Below, piece after piece: positions 1-13,181 of a stretch of 64,000 nucleotides of DNA. The position numbers and the translations under genes were made by a program. Origin of the DNA: Podarcis cretensis (Eukaryota); contig OX638149.1 in NCBI GenBank assembly GCA_951804945.1, positions 70,866,001 to 70,930,000 of the forward strand, in the 5' to 3' direction. The stretch's first letter is position 1, and each line of letters begins with the position of its first letter. The notes beneath the pieces were generated by a model. That model searched no databases, was not told where the DNA came from, and saw nothing but the letters and a program-made list of their open reading frames with translations.

Positions 1-1399
1 AAAACGCCTCCACTCCTGCTGGTTCAGCCAGAGGGGAGACTTTCCGCAACCCAGCTTTGCTGCTGGGCTTCAGGCAGCCCTTGAGGACAATAGCTTATCC
101 CCACCACCACCACCAATTTTGGAGGCAGAAGTGGGATGTTTCACCTCAGGTGCCAAAATGCCTTGGGCCACCCCTGCCCCCTAACCTTAGCACAGTTGCC
201 ATTCAGCTTATGAAGAGTATTGCTGCATTGTCATTTTGCATGTAGCCACTATCATAATGTTCCACTGTACCAGAGTCATTGGGAACCAGTGAAGGATAGT
301 CAAAGCAGATGCACTCTGTTTTTCTATACCTTGCATATCAGGGTGAGAGTGAGATTCTGAAGGCATTTGTACCACGTGGTTTTGATCAACTGGAATACGA
401 TCTAAAGTAACTGAATCCTGCAGTATATTGCAAATCATTAATTATGAAAGCCGTAACCCACATGCCCCCAGTCCTGCTGTGTCTGGTGTCATCTGTTTAG
501 GTTTGAGGGTTTTTTCTATAATCAAGCAGCATATAAATTTTATAAAATAAATAATTATATTTCATTATGTACTGTACTCCATTGTAGGATTAGATACTTG
601 CAAAATAGCACTGCTAAGTAGGATATCTTTTTAACTGTCCTGGCTTTCCCTTGGGATTCCTGGGAACAGTAGCTGGTAATTCTTAAACATTCCTAGATTC
701 CTTTCAAAAGTACAACATAGAGAAGGAAACTATGGCAATTAAATCACTTTAGGTTTATATTGTAGGCTTGCACACTTTCAAAATATTAACCCAACAAGGA
801 ATGTATGGGAAAATAATGGATCCTTTCATATGTCTAACTATCATATAAGTTAATGAAAGCTTGCAGGTACTATCTACCATGCTGATATGGAAATAAATTC
901 ATTTGAAATGTATGACTTGTAGACAATTAAAGGTCACGTGTTGTGTTCTATACAGTACCTTTCATATAGGCACGTTAGTTCAATTAAAAAAAAACCACTT
1001 AACATCTGCTTAGTTTTCCTCCTAACAGCACAGAATGCTATGTTTAGGCCTCCTACAACAGACATTTTCCAGCTGCCTATCACTCTTATTTTCATTTTCC
1101 TAAATTTTCGTTTCACCTGGAATGAAAGTTTCAGAGTTCTGTTTGCTGCTTCTGCAGACATCAACTTCCTTAAAAAAGAAAAAATCCAGTTCTTGAACAA
1201 GACCTGGATGAGGGAGAAATATCCTACCATTTCAGGTAAAAGAGAAATATCACACCACTTGAGGAGAATTGAAGATGTGTCCGTAGTGTTAGTGATGAGC
1301 CCCTTGTGGAAGCACACTTGCTGCGTATCATGCATATACCATTTTCTTGCTCTATTCCTAATCTTGGGGAAAATGTGTTTTTCCAGTCCACCATTTTCT

Positions 1400-1523
1400 A
1401 AGGTAGTCCGTTCCATTGTCAGGACAGCTCTCACCATCAGAAAGTTCTTCCTAATGCTTATTCGGAATCCCCTTTCTTGTGATTTGAATCCATTGATTTG
1501 GTTCCTATCCTCTGGAGCAGCAG
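1400..1523 (-). mobile_element. CR1 LINE 3' fragment
   Basis: agaaagttcttcctaatg...ggaatcccctttcttgtgatttgaatccattg is typical reversed CR1 3' sequence; boundaries approximate. Confidence 0.65.
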
Positions 1524-2931
1524 TAATGCTCAGCGTCTATTGATATTTTTTGTCTTCCTAGTTTGTCATGTGTTATAAAGCATCCCACTGCTTAATTTAA
1601 AAACTATTTGTAGAATAGTTCTACAAATTCTGTTGTGGGCCAGTATATCACAGATGTTGTAGTTTAAGGTTTGGACAGAGTTGCAGCGAATGAAGTCCTG
1701 CTGTGAAATAAAAGTCAAAAGGCATCTTGGCATCCCAACCATTTCCTTGGGAGAAGATTACAGCCTGAGTATGCTGAACTTTATTGCTATGGGCCTCATG
1801 ACAGTTTTCAGAAACATGCATGGCATTTTTACTAAAGAAACTCAGATGTGCAGAAACATAGGGGCTGTCATTCTTGTATTTTATCATTGTCTTAAGGGGG
1901 GGGGGGAGTGAAGAACATGAGCCCTTAGGTTTAATAGTTTTTTTGTTACAATAAGTGACAATACTGATGTGAAATGTAGGAAATCACTCTTCTGTGACGG
2001 TTGAGCTTTTTTTTTTCTATTGTAAGAGAAGAATGAAGGAACAATGAATCTTACTCTATCAGTGTCATCACTGATTTTGACCGCTGTTAGTTTTAAAGTA
2101 CTGTAGCGCTGCTCAAGACAGATGTTTTGTATTGCCGAAACTTAACAATACTATTGAGGGTAAATCTAGGTAAAATTTGTTTTGGGTTGCAGTAGAACTA
2201 TTTGTCTCCAAGTCTGACTAGTGAAAAATTGCATTCAACCCTCATTTTCCCCCCATTCGTCCATCTTGAATTCACTCAAACCTATGAATGCCTGGCTCCT
2301 GCTGAACCATTTTTGTGCTGGGTGGGGAATGCACCAGAAACAGGATAATCTATGGACTAGTCAGCCTTTAATAACACCATTGTACGTTCCAAGCTTAATA
2401 ACAAATCTGATAAACATGAATAAATCAGACCTAGCTTTTTGGTTTGGCTTGTCAAGTTTTGGGGGAGATTGTTTGAAGGAGCAACTAGTATGATTTCATG
2501 GTAGTGTGACAGCTGGACATGCAGCTGTAGCACAGTATATCCCTTCATGCACCTTTTATAATCATTTTCAGAATAGAACTTGGTTTTTGGTTGACTGGGG
2601 GAAACCCTGGCAAATTAGTAGGAAAGACATCAGATAATGTTTTCATGGGAAAAATAATGATTCACTTTAGTAAATGTAGAACAACTATACACACAGGTGC
2701 TGCTTATGGAGCAAAAAATCAAGTTCCTAAGAAATTGTTTGTTAGCTTATTATGAGAACACTCACCTGACAATTTTCATTATTTCCTATGGTACCATTTC
2801 TACCTCTCCTGCCATGGTTGTTCCTAAAATGGCTACAGCAAAAGAGAAACAAAGGAGCAACTAATCTGTCTCATCTCTCCTGCTCTCTGATTTGTCAAAT
2901 CTCTCTGCCCACCCCCTCCATGGTTTGTACT

Positions 2932-3078
2932 TAATAATAATAATAATAATAATAATAATACCCCGCCCATCTGGCTGGGTTTCCCCAGCTGCTCTGGGCA
3001 GCTCCCAGCACAAAAGTAAAAACTTGATAAAACATAAAACATTAAAAACTTCCTGAAACAGGACTGCCTTCAGATGCC
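2932..3078 (-). mobile_element. LINE 3' end (L2/CR1-group) with (TTA)n tail
   Basis: (TAA)n followed by ccccgcccatctggctgggtttcccc; same family at 25105. Confidence 0.7.
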
Positions 3079-4345
3079 TTGACATGACAAATTTTAAGAG
3101 GCAACAGTGCAGCATAACCAGGTGACAGTCACTCAGGCCTATAGAGGCCAACTTGATGAGCAAGAGAAAGAGGTCACAATCAGCCTTGAATAGATATATA
3201 TAGCTGACTGTGCTCCCACTCACCCCACCTTCTTGGATGTCTCACTGATACCATAACTTAAGCATACTGAATATTAAACCTTTTCTAGCATAAACTTGCT
3301 TTTTCCTCTTGCTCTATTATTTTTTTAAAATCCCTTTTATTTCCTTGTTCTCATCACTCCTGACGCCTCTTGGTCCTTTCAGGTTCCAGTATTAACTTTC
3401 TAAGTAGATTAATTGCTGCTAAGAAAATAGTGGTATAAATTATTAAGGGCAAGAATAAATATACGCATACATATTTAAACCCTAAAATGCATAAAGAACC
3501 ATCTGCTTCTTTTTATTGCAATTGTGGGTTGATTTTAATTTGGTTTGCAATCGCTTGATTTATACTCACTTTGGAAAAACCTGAGTTGCATTCTTGGCAG
3601 CTCAGTTAACTTTTTGAAATGTTTACGGAGATTGAAATCAAATGGTTACAATCCGAACAAATATTCTAAATTTAGCTTTCCAGTGCTCTTTACATTATTG
3701 CTTGTGTGGTTTTTGTCACTTATTTTAATGTACTGATGTCATGTGGAAACTAAATTAAACTAAAAATGCATACAAAATCTAAATGCACTGAATGAATTGT
3801 CAGAAGCATAAGGAAAGTACGTACAAAATCTAGAATTCTGCAGTAGTGCTAATGCAGCTCAAGAGGAAGAAAATCTCAAACATTACTGGAGGCCAGTGGA
3901 AACCATCACAACGGTGGCAATTGTTGTTAAACAGCCTATGGCTAATGCAGGAATATGCAGGGGGCCACAACCTTGGCATTATCAGCACCATACTCTAAAC
4001 CAACTGAGCTACCTGGCGCACTGACACAAATATACTGACCACACTATACCTGACTACACTGGTGCAATCTGGGGTGTAAAGAGGCTTTATTATAATATAG
4101 GCACCAAAAGGATTGGTTAGCTGTAAATAGATATCTCAGATGGAAGTTTTTTCTGCTTTCCAGATTGTTTCAGGTTTGTTTGGTTTTTTAAAGAACTACC
4201 AGGAGGCTACATTTGCTTCTATCATGATTAAGTAGGGTTCTTTCTGGTCTTCAAAGCTCTCTGTGGGTAATCCTCATAATTACAATTGAAAATGCAAGCT
4301 GATTAGAATAACTTGCTAACTTCCTCTTTTTGTTTCAACTTGAAG

Positions 4346-4414
4346 GATTGTTCAACGTCAGAGGAGTACAACATTGCTGCAGCACTGCTGCCACTAACAA
4401 CTGCTTTTTATAGG
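4346..4414 (+). CDS. SBF2: SBF2 exon, 69 nt ([23 protein letters not shown])
   Basis: aag| acceptor, |gtaagt donor, phase 0/0; not in the ORF track. Confidence 0.93.
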
Positions 4415-6725
4415 GTAAGTTGTGGTTTTCTGGAAATTTGATAATAAGTGCTTGTATACCTCTATATTAATTGAGATCCCTTCTTGTGAGAATTTAGTTT
4501 TAATAATACCCTTTGAAGCCATTTCATGTACCCCCATCTGCATACCACACTTTGCAAACACACTAGTTTAAAGAACCAAGCTTGTCAGAGATTTGGTTGT
4601 CTTACTCAGAATTCATTCAATTCATGGTCATATTTAGACATAACCCCAAATGCATAGTGGGCTGGTTTATGTTACAGTTAAAAGGATGATTTTCATCAGC
4701 ATGGAGCGCATTGAGATGTTTAACCCTTTCCCTGCCTGCTATCCGAGTGGAAAATTTTTACTAAGGAGCTTTTCCCCCTAAATCTGGGGTGTGGTGGGGA
4801 TTTTCTTGGGATCACAGCTGGCACGGAAAAGGTAGCAGCAGTGCAGTGATTTGCACAGTGTGTACCAGCATACTGCTCATTTGTGGTAAACCATTGTATG
4901 TTTCTGACCATGGCTTTCCATTACATGTAAATAGGACCTAGTCTTTCTACTGTCTGGCTCTATTCTAGAAGTAAATGACTTCCTAAAAACCATCAGATAT
5001 TATCCTTCCCTCATTCCAGCTCCTTAGTAGTTTGCTAAGAACTTAAGAAGAGCCTATCTAGTCCAGCATTCTGTTCTCACAGTTACCTGTAAAATGCCTA
5101 TGGTAAGCCCTTTTAAGCAGGACCCGAGTGCAACAGTATTTTCTATTAATCTATGAAGAAATTCTTTTTATAAGTACAGATGCTCACAATAAACTTTGAA
5201 AATTAAATACTGTTTAGATTAGATGCATGTGTACCAAACTTTCAAAATGGAAGCAGTTTCTTCTAATCTAACTCAGTAAACCAGTGAGTTTTCACTAAAA
5301 ACGTTTACTAAGTCAAGTTAGCATGGTTGTCAGGTAGGAATGCTGTGCATTCTGTGTCTTTAAAATATAAATATTAGTGCAAAATGCTTCATTGTAATCA
5401 GAAAATCTGCTTTGGTGGAAGGCTAGCTATGTGATCTGGCTATTGTTTCTTAAAGTTTTCATGAAGCCTGTGGCTTCCAAGACGTTTAGTCTAGGGGCAT
5501 TGCACATGTGTAATTAAAATAACAAGAAAGAATTTCTGTTTACAATATATTGTGCCTCATGTGATGTCCGGTATAATTCCAGTAGTTAATACCCAGTGAC
5601 TAGACTCTTACAAAACCTGACAGGGCAGGATGTGACTGAAGAAATCCACAAGCTCATAGCCGTCAGCATTAAATTCATGGACAACAAGTCAGTACAATAG
5701 ATGCATACTTGTGGCCTGGAAGAAAATTTCATACAAACACCACTATAACTTCACTCTAGTTCAATTTTAAATTACTAGACCTAAGAAATCAAAAGAGTGT
5801 GATTCATCTAAGTCAGGAAGAGCACTCTTCACTGTGTGTAGTAATGTCCTGTACAAGCAAACAACTTTAGCCTTTGGGGCAGAAAACAGTGTTTCTGTTT
5901 ACCATTAGTAATACAATTGGAATTTGTTTAAAATATAAATAACACGTAATTATACAAGATACAATGTTTCCCTTCCTTTTGATGGAAGACGGCCTATTAT
6001 GTTAATTTTCCAGTGTTAGTTGTTAAAGGAATGTCTTTTCAAAACAGTGCGTGATAAATTCATGTACATATTTTCTCCTAGCAATACTTCTGCCTATAGA
6101 TTGCCTTTTCCCTTTTTTCAAATTTCTAGTTTCCACCCTGTAGACTGAGATAACATTGCTTGCCCTTGTGTATGATCTTCCATGGGAACTGACCTGGGGA
6201 AGATGGTCCCTCCTGATTCTTTTTGCCCTATGAGTTGCTTTCAATGTAATTGACCTTAATATTCATCTAAATCACCTGCCCAGGATGTGGCTTGTATGCA
6301 CTGTTTTATAATGACTCTAGTTCTTCCTGGAAAGCAGATCTTAGATGGTGGTACTGGGAAGCTGTTGCTCAACCCCATGGGCTTAGACTTAGGGATCCAG
6401 CACATTTTGTTTCCAGTGCTACATAGCATATACATGAGCTCTTGTGTAAGGATGTCTAGAGATTTGGGGTGTGGTGTGGCATTCACGTTATGCTGATGAT
6501 AGCATTTCCTCTCCTTTCCATTTAGTTCTAGAAAGAAAATGGATGTCCTAAACAAAGGTTCACTTCAGTAATGAACTGGTTGTGGGTTAATGCTTAAAGC
6601 TGAGACAGAGATGCTTTTATCCAATAGAATAGCTGGTCTTAGAAGTTCTTATACTACCTCTTAAGAATTGGATCCCCAACCTGAGATGGCTCCTGGCCAC
6701 AACATTACCCTAGATAGCCAGATAA

Positions 6726-6761
6726 GGGATGCGGGTGGCGCTGTGCTCTAAACCACTGAGC
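6726..6761 (+). mobile_element. Sauria SINE 5' fragment
   Basis: gggatgcgggtggcgctgtg matches the head of the 9803 copy. Confidence 0.6.
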
Positions 6762-9700
6762 TTTCACAGAAAAGTGCAAAATGATCCTCCAGCTGGGTAC
6801 TTATTGTACATTTTAAAGAACTCCCACACTACCACCAGAATACTGGGTACTGTAGTTTGCTAAGGGTGCTGGGAACTGTTGTTGTGGGGGGTAAACTACA
6901 ATTCTCAGGATTCTTTGGATGGTTGGGGAAGAATGTGCTTTAAATGTATGCTGTATACGCAGCCTCACTATCTCTGTGCAATGGAGTTTGTGCTGTTTGA
7001 TCAGAAATACATACCAGTGAATTCAGTGGAATTTATGTAAACAAGTTTAGGATGGCCACCTTAGGAATGACTAACTTTAACTGCACAGATATAATAAAAT
7101 CTAAGGAAAAATATTAGACGTTTCACTGAGAAATTACAATGTGCAATTAGATTATGTAACTGACCTCTTTTAGATCATTGATTCCCTTTGCTTGATTAAC
7201 TCAGCTAAAAGTTTTATATATAATTATTCCCTTTCCCGCCGCTTCCCCCCACCCCCGCAAAAAAAAAATTACATGATAGTTGTTTGATTTCTCACTGGTC
7301 TATGATCTCCTCTCTAAAAAACGTTCTAATCAGTATTCAATTTAAGGTTAAAAATTTAAACACTGGTCAGATATTTTGTAAATCTAGCCCTTGGGATTAG
7401 CAGAATAATTCATAGTCTGAGACATTGTTTATATTTCTACGCCCTCCTCCACCCATGCTTTCCTACCTATTCCCCAGACAAGGCGTTTGGTTTTTGATTT
7501 GTGTACATTATTTCTGAGGAAATGGTTTTCGCCAATAAGCTGTATCACTAGGGCCCTACCTCATTTGCGTACTTTCAAAGCCTTTTCCATGAAATGAACA
7601 TACTAATGGAATAATGATTATTTTCATATGTTTTTTTCTTAGGCCATTTTTTCAAGAAACATAAGTCTTATTGGGTGTTCAATCTCATGTGCCATAATCA
7701 TGTGGATAGCAGAGCTGATTGTGTTTACCCTGAGCTTCTGAATACACTTAGTATGGTGTCTGAACTAAAAAGCAACCTTTCTTGCGACCACTATTTTAGC
7801 TAAGAGTTATTTTGCTTATCATAATGCTTTGCATATAGATGTAGGGCCACAGGTAGTCTTCAGTATCAATATTTTACCCATTTTAATCATGTTGAAATTG
7901 GCACACAAAGGAACATTCTTGGATACACATTATAGTGGCGCCTTTCACACAATAATTGTTATGAACATATGTCAGAGCATCTAGGATGCTCCCTGTTGGG
8001 GTTTTATAACTTGGCACAAAAATGATCTTGGCAAAAATGACCTTTACGTTATTTTTGTAAGTGTATAGAATGTGATTGTGATCTTGGAACTGGAAATTAA
8101 ATATTTGTACCTTGCATTACCCTGGAGAAATCTGCACATTCATTGTTAAGAATGTACTAAGGCTGCACATTCAGAAGTGCAGTTTGAAAATACTGAGCAT
8201 GAGTTATCCAAGTAGAGCACTTTAAAACCCAAAGGGTATAGTGGGAGTCTTAGACATATACTTAAAATCTCTCCCTTCTGAAGCCAATGAGATTTAAAGG
8301 TTCTTTGGCAGGATCATGCCCCAATAGATTACTTTGCAGAGAGAGAGAGAGAGTACACTCTTTTATATTTGATCAGGATTTCTTGTGCCCAGTCATGATA
8401 CAAATGTACATATCCTAAATAAAAGAGCTGTAAACTGTATTTTCTTATGTATACACCTATGCACATATACACATCCTAAATTGTGATTGCAGTGCCCTTC
8501 AAAACAAGTCACGCGAGATGGCCATGCTCCTGGTTCTACATCTCTATAAGTTTTTCTATCATGGTGTGTCACAGATGCATTTTATTATTGTAGGTTATTT
8601 CCACAAGACTTACTCCAGCAACAATCAGATAAGATCCTGTCCATTCCAACTGATGTAGGAATAACCTTGCTCCCTTGTCCCTTTTTGTATAAACTCGCTG
8701 GGTGTACATTCTATTGCAGAAGAGGGAGAGTTCACAGTGTCCTGTGATTTAAAGAAGTGTACAGGATATTATAGGAACTCCCTACAACTGGTAATTACAG
8801 ATTAATAGTTGTTTTCTATGAGGATGAGTCTGGATAAGCTCACTGACTGCTCCTTCCTCATCTATCTAGCCACCATTTCAGGGAGTCCGTTATTAAATCA
8901 TTATGTGAATAATTTTTTTGGTGCTTCTTAAGATTGCCAGTATCAGACCAGAATCCTGAACTGCTGCAGTAAGCATGTGGGGTGCAATTAACATCTATTC
9001 ACACACTGGTGGGGCTTTGCAGAGCAGCAGAACCACCATTGCATCCGCGGCACAGCACCTCCCAGCAACCAGAGAGTAGCAGCGGCAGGACGATAGGGCC
9101 TGATCCCTGCACCAGCTCTATACTGATGCAGCGGTCAAACCCAAATCAGGCCTGATGCTGGCCTGCAGTTGCTGTGAGACTGTCTCAAGATCCAGCAGAT
9201 TCCAGGGCAGCTCAGCCCCATCCCATCCCCTGCCTTGGAATTTGGAGTCTTTGGGCTTTCCACTGGGCTCCACTGGTGGGCAGAAGGGGAAAGTCAGCAC
9301 GGACACAGTGATGTATTTCTCTGTCAATGGCACCCAGCTGGCAAAGCTGGGTGCAGAAATACCTTGGCTCTGTCCAAACTCCTGACAGTCTGGTGTGAGC
9401 AGGCCTGGATTGCACTATTGTTTATCAATTTGCAGTTTGCAAAACTAGAAACAATACCATCTCAATAAATATTATTTCTAACCCCAAAAGAAGAACACAC
9501 AACAGTCATAAACTGCAATACTAATAAAGTAAGTTAAACAGATAACATGAAACTGATAAAGAAGAGGAAGAAACCGCTTACTATGCTGCTCAGCAGCAGC
9601 AGCAGCAGTTGTGGTCTGGTGTGGCTGTGGGCAAGTTGGTTGGGGGCAAAAAGTCCCTGCACAGCTGGGCTGTGTCATCTGAGAATGATAGGACTTTTCT

Positions 9701-9802
9701 GCTGTTCAAATTTAAATTGGCCAATCATGGCCAAACTGCAGGGGGACATTTGGGAGTGGACCTGGTTTGAGCCTGTCTTTACTCAGGTCTATCCTCAAAC
9801 CA

Positions 9803-10168
9803 GGGACGCAGGTGGCGCTGTGGGTTAAAGCCTCAGCGCCTAGGGCTTGCCGATCGAAAGGTCGGCGGTTCGAATCCCTGCGGCGGGGTGCGCTCCCGCT
9901 GCTCGGTCCCAGCGCCTGCCAACCTAGCAGTTCGAAAGCACCTCCGGGTGCAAGTAGATAAATAGGGACCGCTTACCAGCGGGAAGGTAAACGGCGTTTC
10001 CGTGTGCGGCTCTGGCTCTGGCCAGAGCAGCGATGTCACGCTGGCCACGTGACCCGGAAGTGTCTCCGGACAGCGCTGGCCCCTGGCCTCTTAAGTGAGA
10101 TGGGCGCACAACCCCAGAGTCTGTCAAGACTGGCCCGTACGGGCAGGGGTACCTTTACCTTTACCTTT
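9803..10168 (+). mobile_element. Full-length Sauria SINE
   Basis: A box 9813-9823, B box GGTTCGAATCC 9867-9877, (ACCTTT)3 tail, TSD ATCCTCAAACCA at 9791-9802 and 10169-10180. Confidence 0.93.
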
Positions 10169-10188
10169 ATCCTCAAACCACTTAAACC

Positions 10189-10720
10189 TGTATGTGTGGG
10201 CAAGCAGGCGGTGCTTATGAATGCCGTGGAATTGCTTGATTGTTTTATTGGGGGCCAGGAAGGAATTTGCCTAATTGGCCTGGTTTGGAGGTTTTACCTA
10301 CCTCACAGCAATTGTCACAACTTGTTGGTGGAAAAACGCATTGGGCCGGATCCTTAGTCTAATCAGATGGCGTGGAAAGGAGCCTAACCCTTCCCCCTCC
10401 TCCAGATCAAAGTATCAGGGTACCCCGGTAAATGGGTCCAAGGGGAAGAATTCTGACTGTGTGTCCAGGCGGGGGCTAACAGACCACAGAACTCCCTTAA
10501 TGGTGTCCTCGAAGTGTGTCATATGGGGTCCCTTAACCCAGTATTGACCTCAATCAGCGAGCAGTCAGGTTGGTTGATTTTGGATACATACCCCATGCCT
10601 ATGCCAAAGCCTACTGGCATCTGTAATCAATAAAGTTGTGGTCATTTTCGATCCCAAAATGTTGTCATGTAGTTATTGCTACCTGTGCCCCATCCCAGCA
10701 ATCTTAGGCTTGCTGCAACT
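10189..10720 (+). mobile_element. Degenerate solo LTR related to 20017-20777
   Basis: Blocks cctacctcacagcaattgtcacaact and tgtaatcaataaagttgtggtc match the minus strand of the 20 kb element; ends uncertain. Confidence 0.55.
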
Positions 10721-11626
10721 GGGCCTGCAAAAAAAGAACTACTAGTACTTTAAAATTCATAGCATCTCAAAACCATACCATATATTTGGAAGGTTATTTT
10801 GACTGTAGTTAAGTAACAGAATCCCTTTGCTACAAAAGTATTTCATCTTTGTTGTTTCCTTTGACCTCAGAAAATGTCAACTTAGACATTAAGTTAAATT
10901 CCCAAGTTTTATCTATCCATTCATTAATATTAGATGTCCCCTGAGATCTTCAATTCTTTGCATGGCATTTTCTAGTGGCAGCTGCCATATAGGGAGAACA
11001 TCTCAGTGTGTTCTTTCTTTATTAAGTCAACCATATAGTTTATTAATAAATCATGTGAAATTTAATACTCCAATATCTTTGTTTTAAAATTTATAATCTT
11101 TTCCCATAATTCTTTTATGAAATTGCGCTTCCACCAGGCCCCTTATTATTTCCAGTGTTTCCCATTCATCTTAGAGTAATTCTTTCTTGTTTTACTTAAA
11201 ACATCAGAAGGAGTTGTTGTTGTTATTGACTGTACCTGAGAAATGAGTTCCAAAGATAAGATGCCACAACAGAAAAGTCTGTGTCACAGAACAGCTTCTC
11301 ATGAAAGGCAGGTTTATTGGGGGGGGGGGGGGAGAGAGACAGGCATTGAGTTATTCTGGTGCTGTCATTCAGGCTTTGAAAGTTAAAACCCACATTTCCT
11401 ATTGGACACAGAAATCAGTGAAGCCCAATGTACAACACACTGTAACCATCCATAGACAATGTTGCCAGAGTGTATGTAAGTGAGGCTGGATTTTCTTCGT
11501 CTAGGAGAGGCCATACTGTACCAGCCTAAATTGATGGTAGGTATTTTGTGCCAGTAATGCTCCTTGGGCTTCTAGAGATCTAAAAGCACTATCAAACTGC
11601 AACCCCATCCAGAATAAAAGGCTGTA

Positions 11627-11778
11627 TAGAATCATATATATATACAGTTTTAGAGCTGGAAGGGACCACAAGGGTAATCTAGTCCAACCCCTTGCAATTC
11701 AGGAACCTTTTTTTCCAAAGTGGGGCTCAAACCCACACCACTAAGATTAGGAGCCTCATGCTCTACCAACTAAACTAA
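11627..11778 (-). mobile_element. tRNA-head / CR1-tail SINE
   Basis: Minus strand reads tagtttagttggtagagcatgag...gggtttgagcccc then ggttggactagat...cccttccagctct; related tails near 14285 and 40730. Confidence 0.7.
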
Positions 11779-13010
11779 CTCCCATATCATCTCCCAAGTC
11801 AGATAGGCCACTTGTCAGCATAATCCCTGTCTGATCAGGACTGAAATCTAATTTATTGTCTCTTATGCCCTTATATGGAACCACACCAAGAAGCTAGCTG
11901 AGAGGAGTACATTTAGGTTTTGTTGTAGGCTAGCAGAGGTAAGATCAGGGGAGTACAGGACTAATGGAGAAGCATGGATATCATTTCAAGGAAAACAATG
12001 TAGTCACATGGCATACTATTGATATTTTTGTGTATGTAAGATTTCTTTTTTACAGGCAGATCTGTTAGGCAGAGTTCAGCACTGATCTTTCAGTTGTTGA
12101 GACAGTCAGCGCCACTATTTTATTAGCCTGCCTTAACAGAGAAATGGCATGTAGTTTCCACAGAAATCTATTGCCATCTGCTGGCTGCTATTTGGTTGCA
12201 CTGAATAACAGTTCTAATGAAACACCTGTAAGCTAATTCAGAAAGGTTGGCTAGAAATAGAAATCAGGGAAACATCTGGAATAATTTGGAACTTAGGATT
12301 GTTTTGGGATGGATTGTAATGTCGTATGACTTTGTATATAATTGAACAACAGATCAAAATATGCAGTGCATCTGATTTCAGTGACCCTAAAAGCTAATCC
12401 TCATTTTGTAATATAAACATGGAAGGAATGCAATGCTGCAATGTAGGTGGAGTATCTGAAGTTTCAACAAATACATTAAATGGGGGGGTATAGAGCCATC
12501 TCTGCATTATTTGCAGGAGCTTTGAAAAGACATTTGCTTTGATTAAAAAAAAAGCACTGTGTAATTGAAAATAGAGAAGAAATACTACTTTATGTACCTT
12601 GTAGACCTGCTTCAGATTCTTTGAAAAGCTACTCTCTACACACAAATTTCAGTGCAAATTTTGGAGTTCAATCAGGTGAAAATAGAGCAAACCAAGCTTA
12701 CATATTCCACTATCCCATTGTTCTCACTTTTGGACCTTGTACCTCTGTGTGTCTTGGTGCAACATTTATACTCAAGAATGAACCTTCTGTAAGATTTTAT
12801 CTTCAAATAAACAGAATTATTAGTGAGTTGCCCACTAGTTTACTCAACATGAATGTGTAGGAGAGAATATATTCATGATTATTATATGTACACATATATC
12901 ATTAGGATTAGTTGTCTGTCTCATTAATGATTTTTATTGCCACAACAGTTGAATACATTGTTGCTCCTACTCTTGAAAATTAATCTGATGACTCATCGTT
13001 GTGCTTTCAG

Positions 13011-13181
13011 AAACTAGCTCCTGGAGTCAGTCAGTTTGTTTACACCTGTGTTCAAGATCATCCAATATGGGCTAACCAGCAGTTCTGGGAAACAAACTTT
13101 TACAGTGATGTGGAAAATCAAATTCGTTCACTCTATCTTTCAGCTAAGGAAGACAATCATCCACAACACTTAAAGCAGAAA
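13011..13181 (+). CDS. SBF2: SBF2 exon, 171 nt (KLAPGVSQF...HLKQK)
   Basis: tttcag| and |gtaagt; inside ORF 12999..13202. Confidence 0.95.

Noticed and set aside
934-1543. Overlapping 201-aa and 167-aa ORFs
   Set aside because: No recognisable domain; they overlap a degenerate CR1 fragment and are likely chance ORFs
3960-4012. tRNA-Ile-like sequence on the minus strand (also a tRNA-like head near 37085)
   Set aside because: Lacks T arm and acceptor stem; a SINE head remnant, not a tRNA gene
9767-10357. Several GC-rich ORFs
   Set aside because: They lie within the Sauria SINE and adjacent LTR-like sequence
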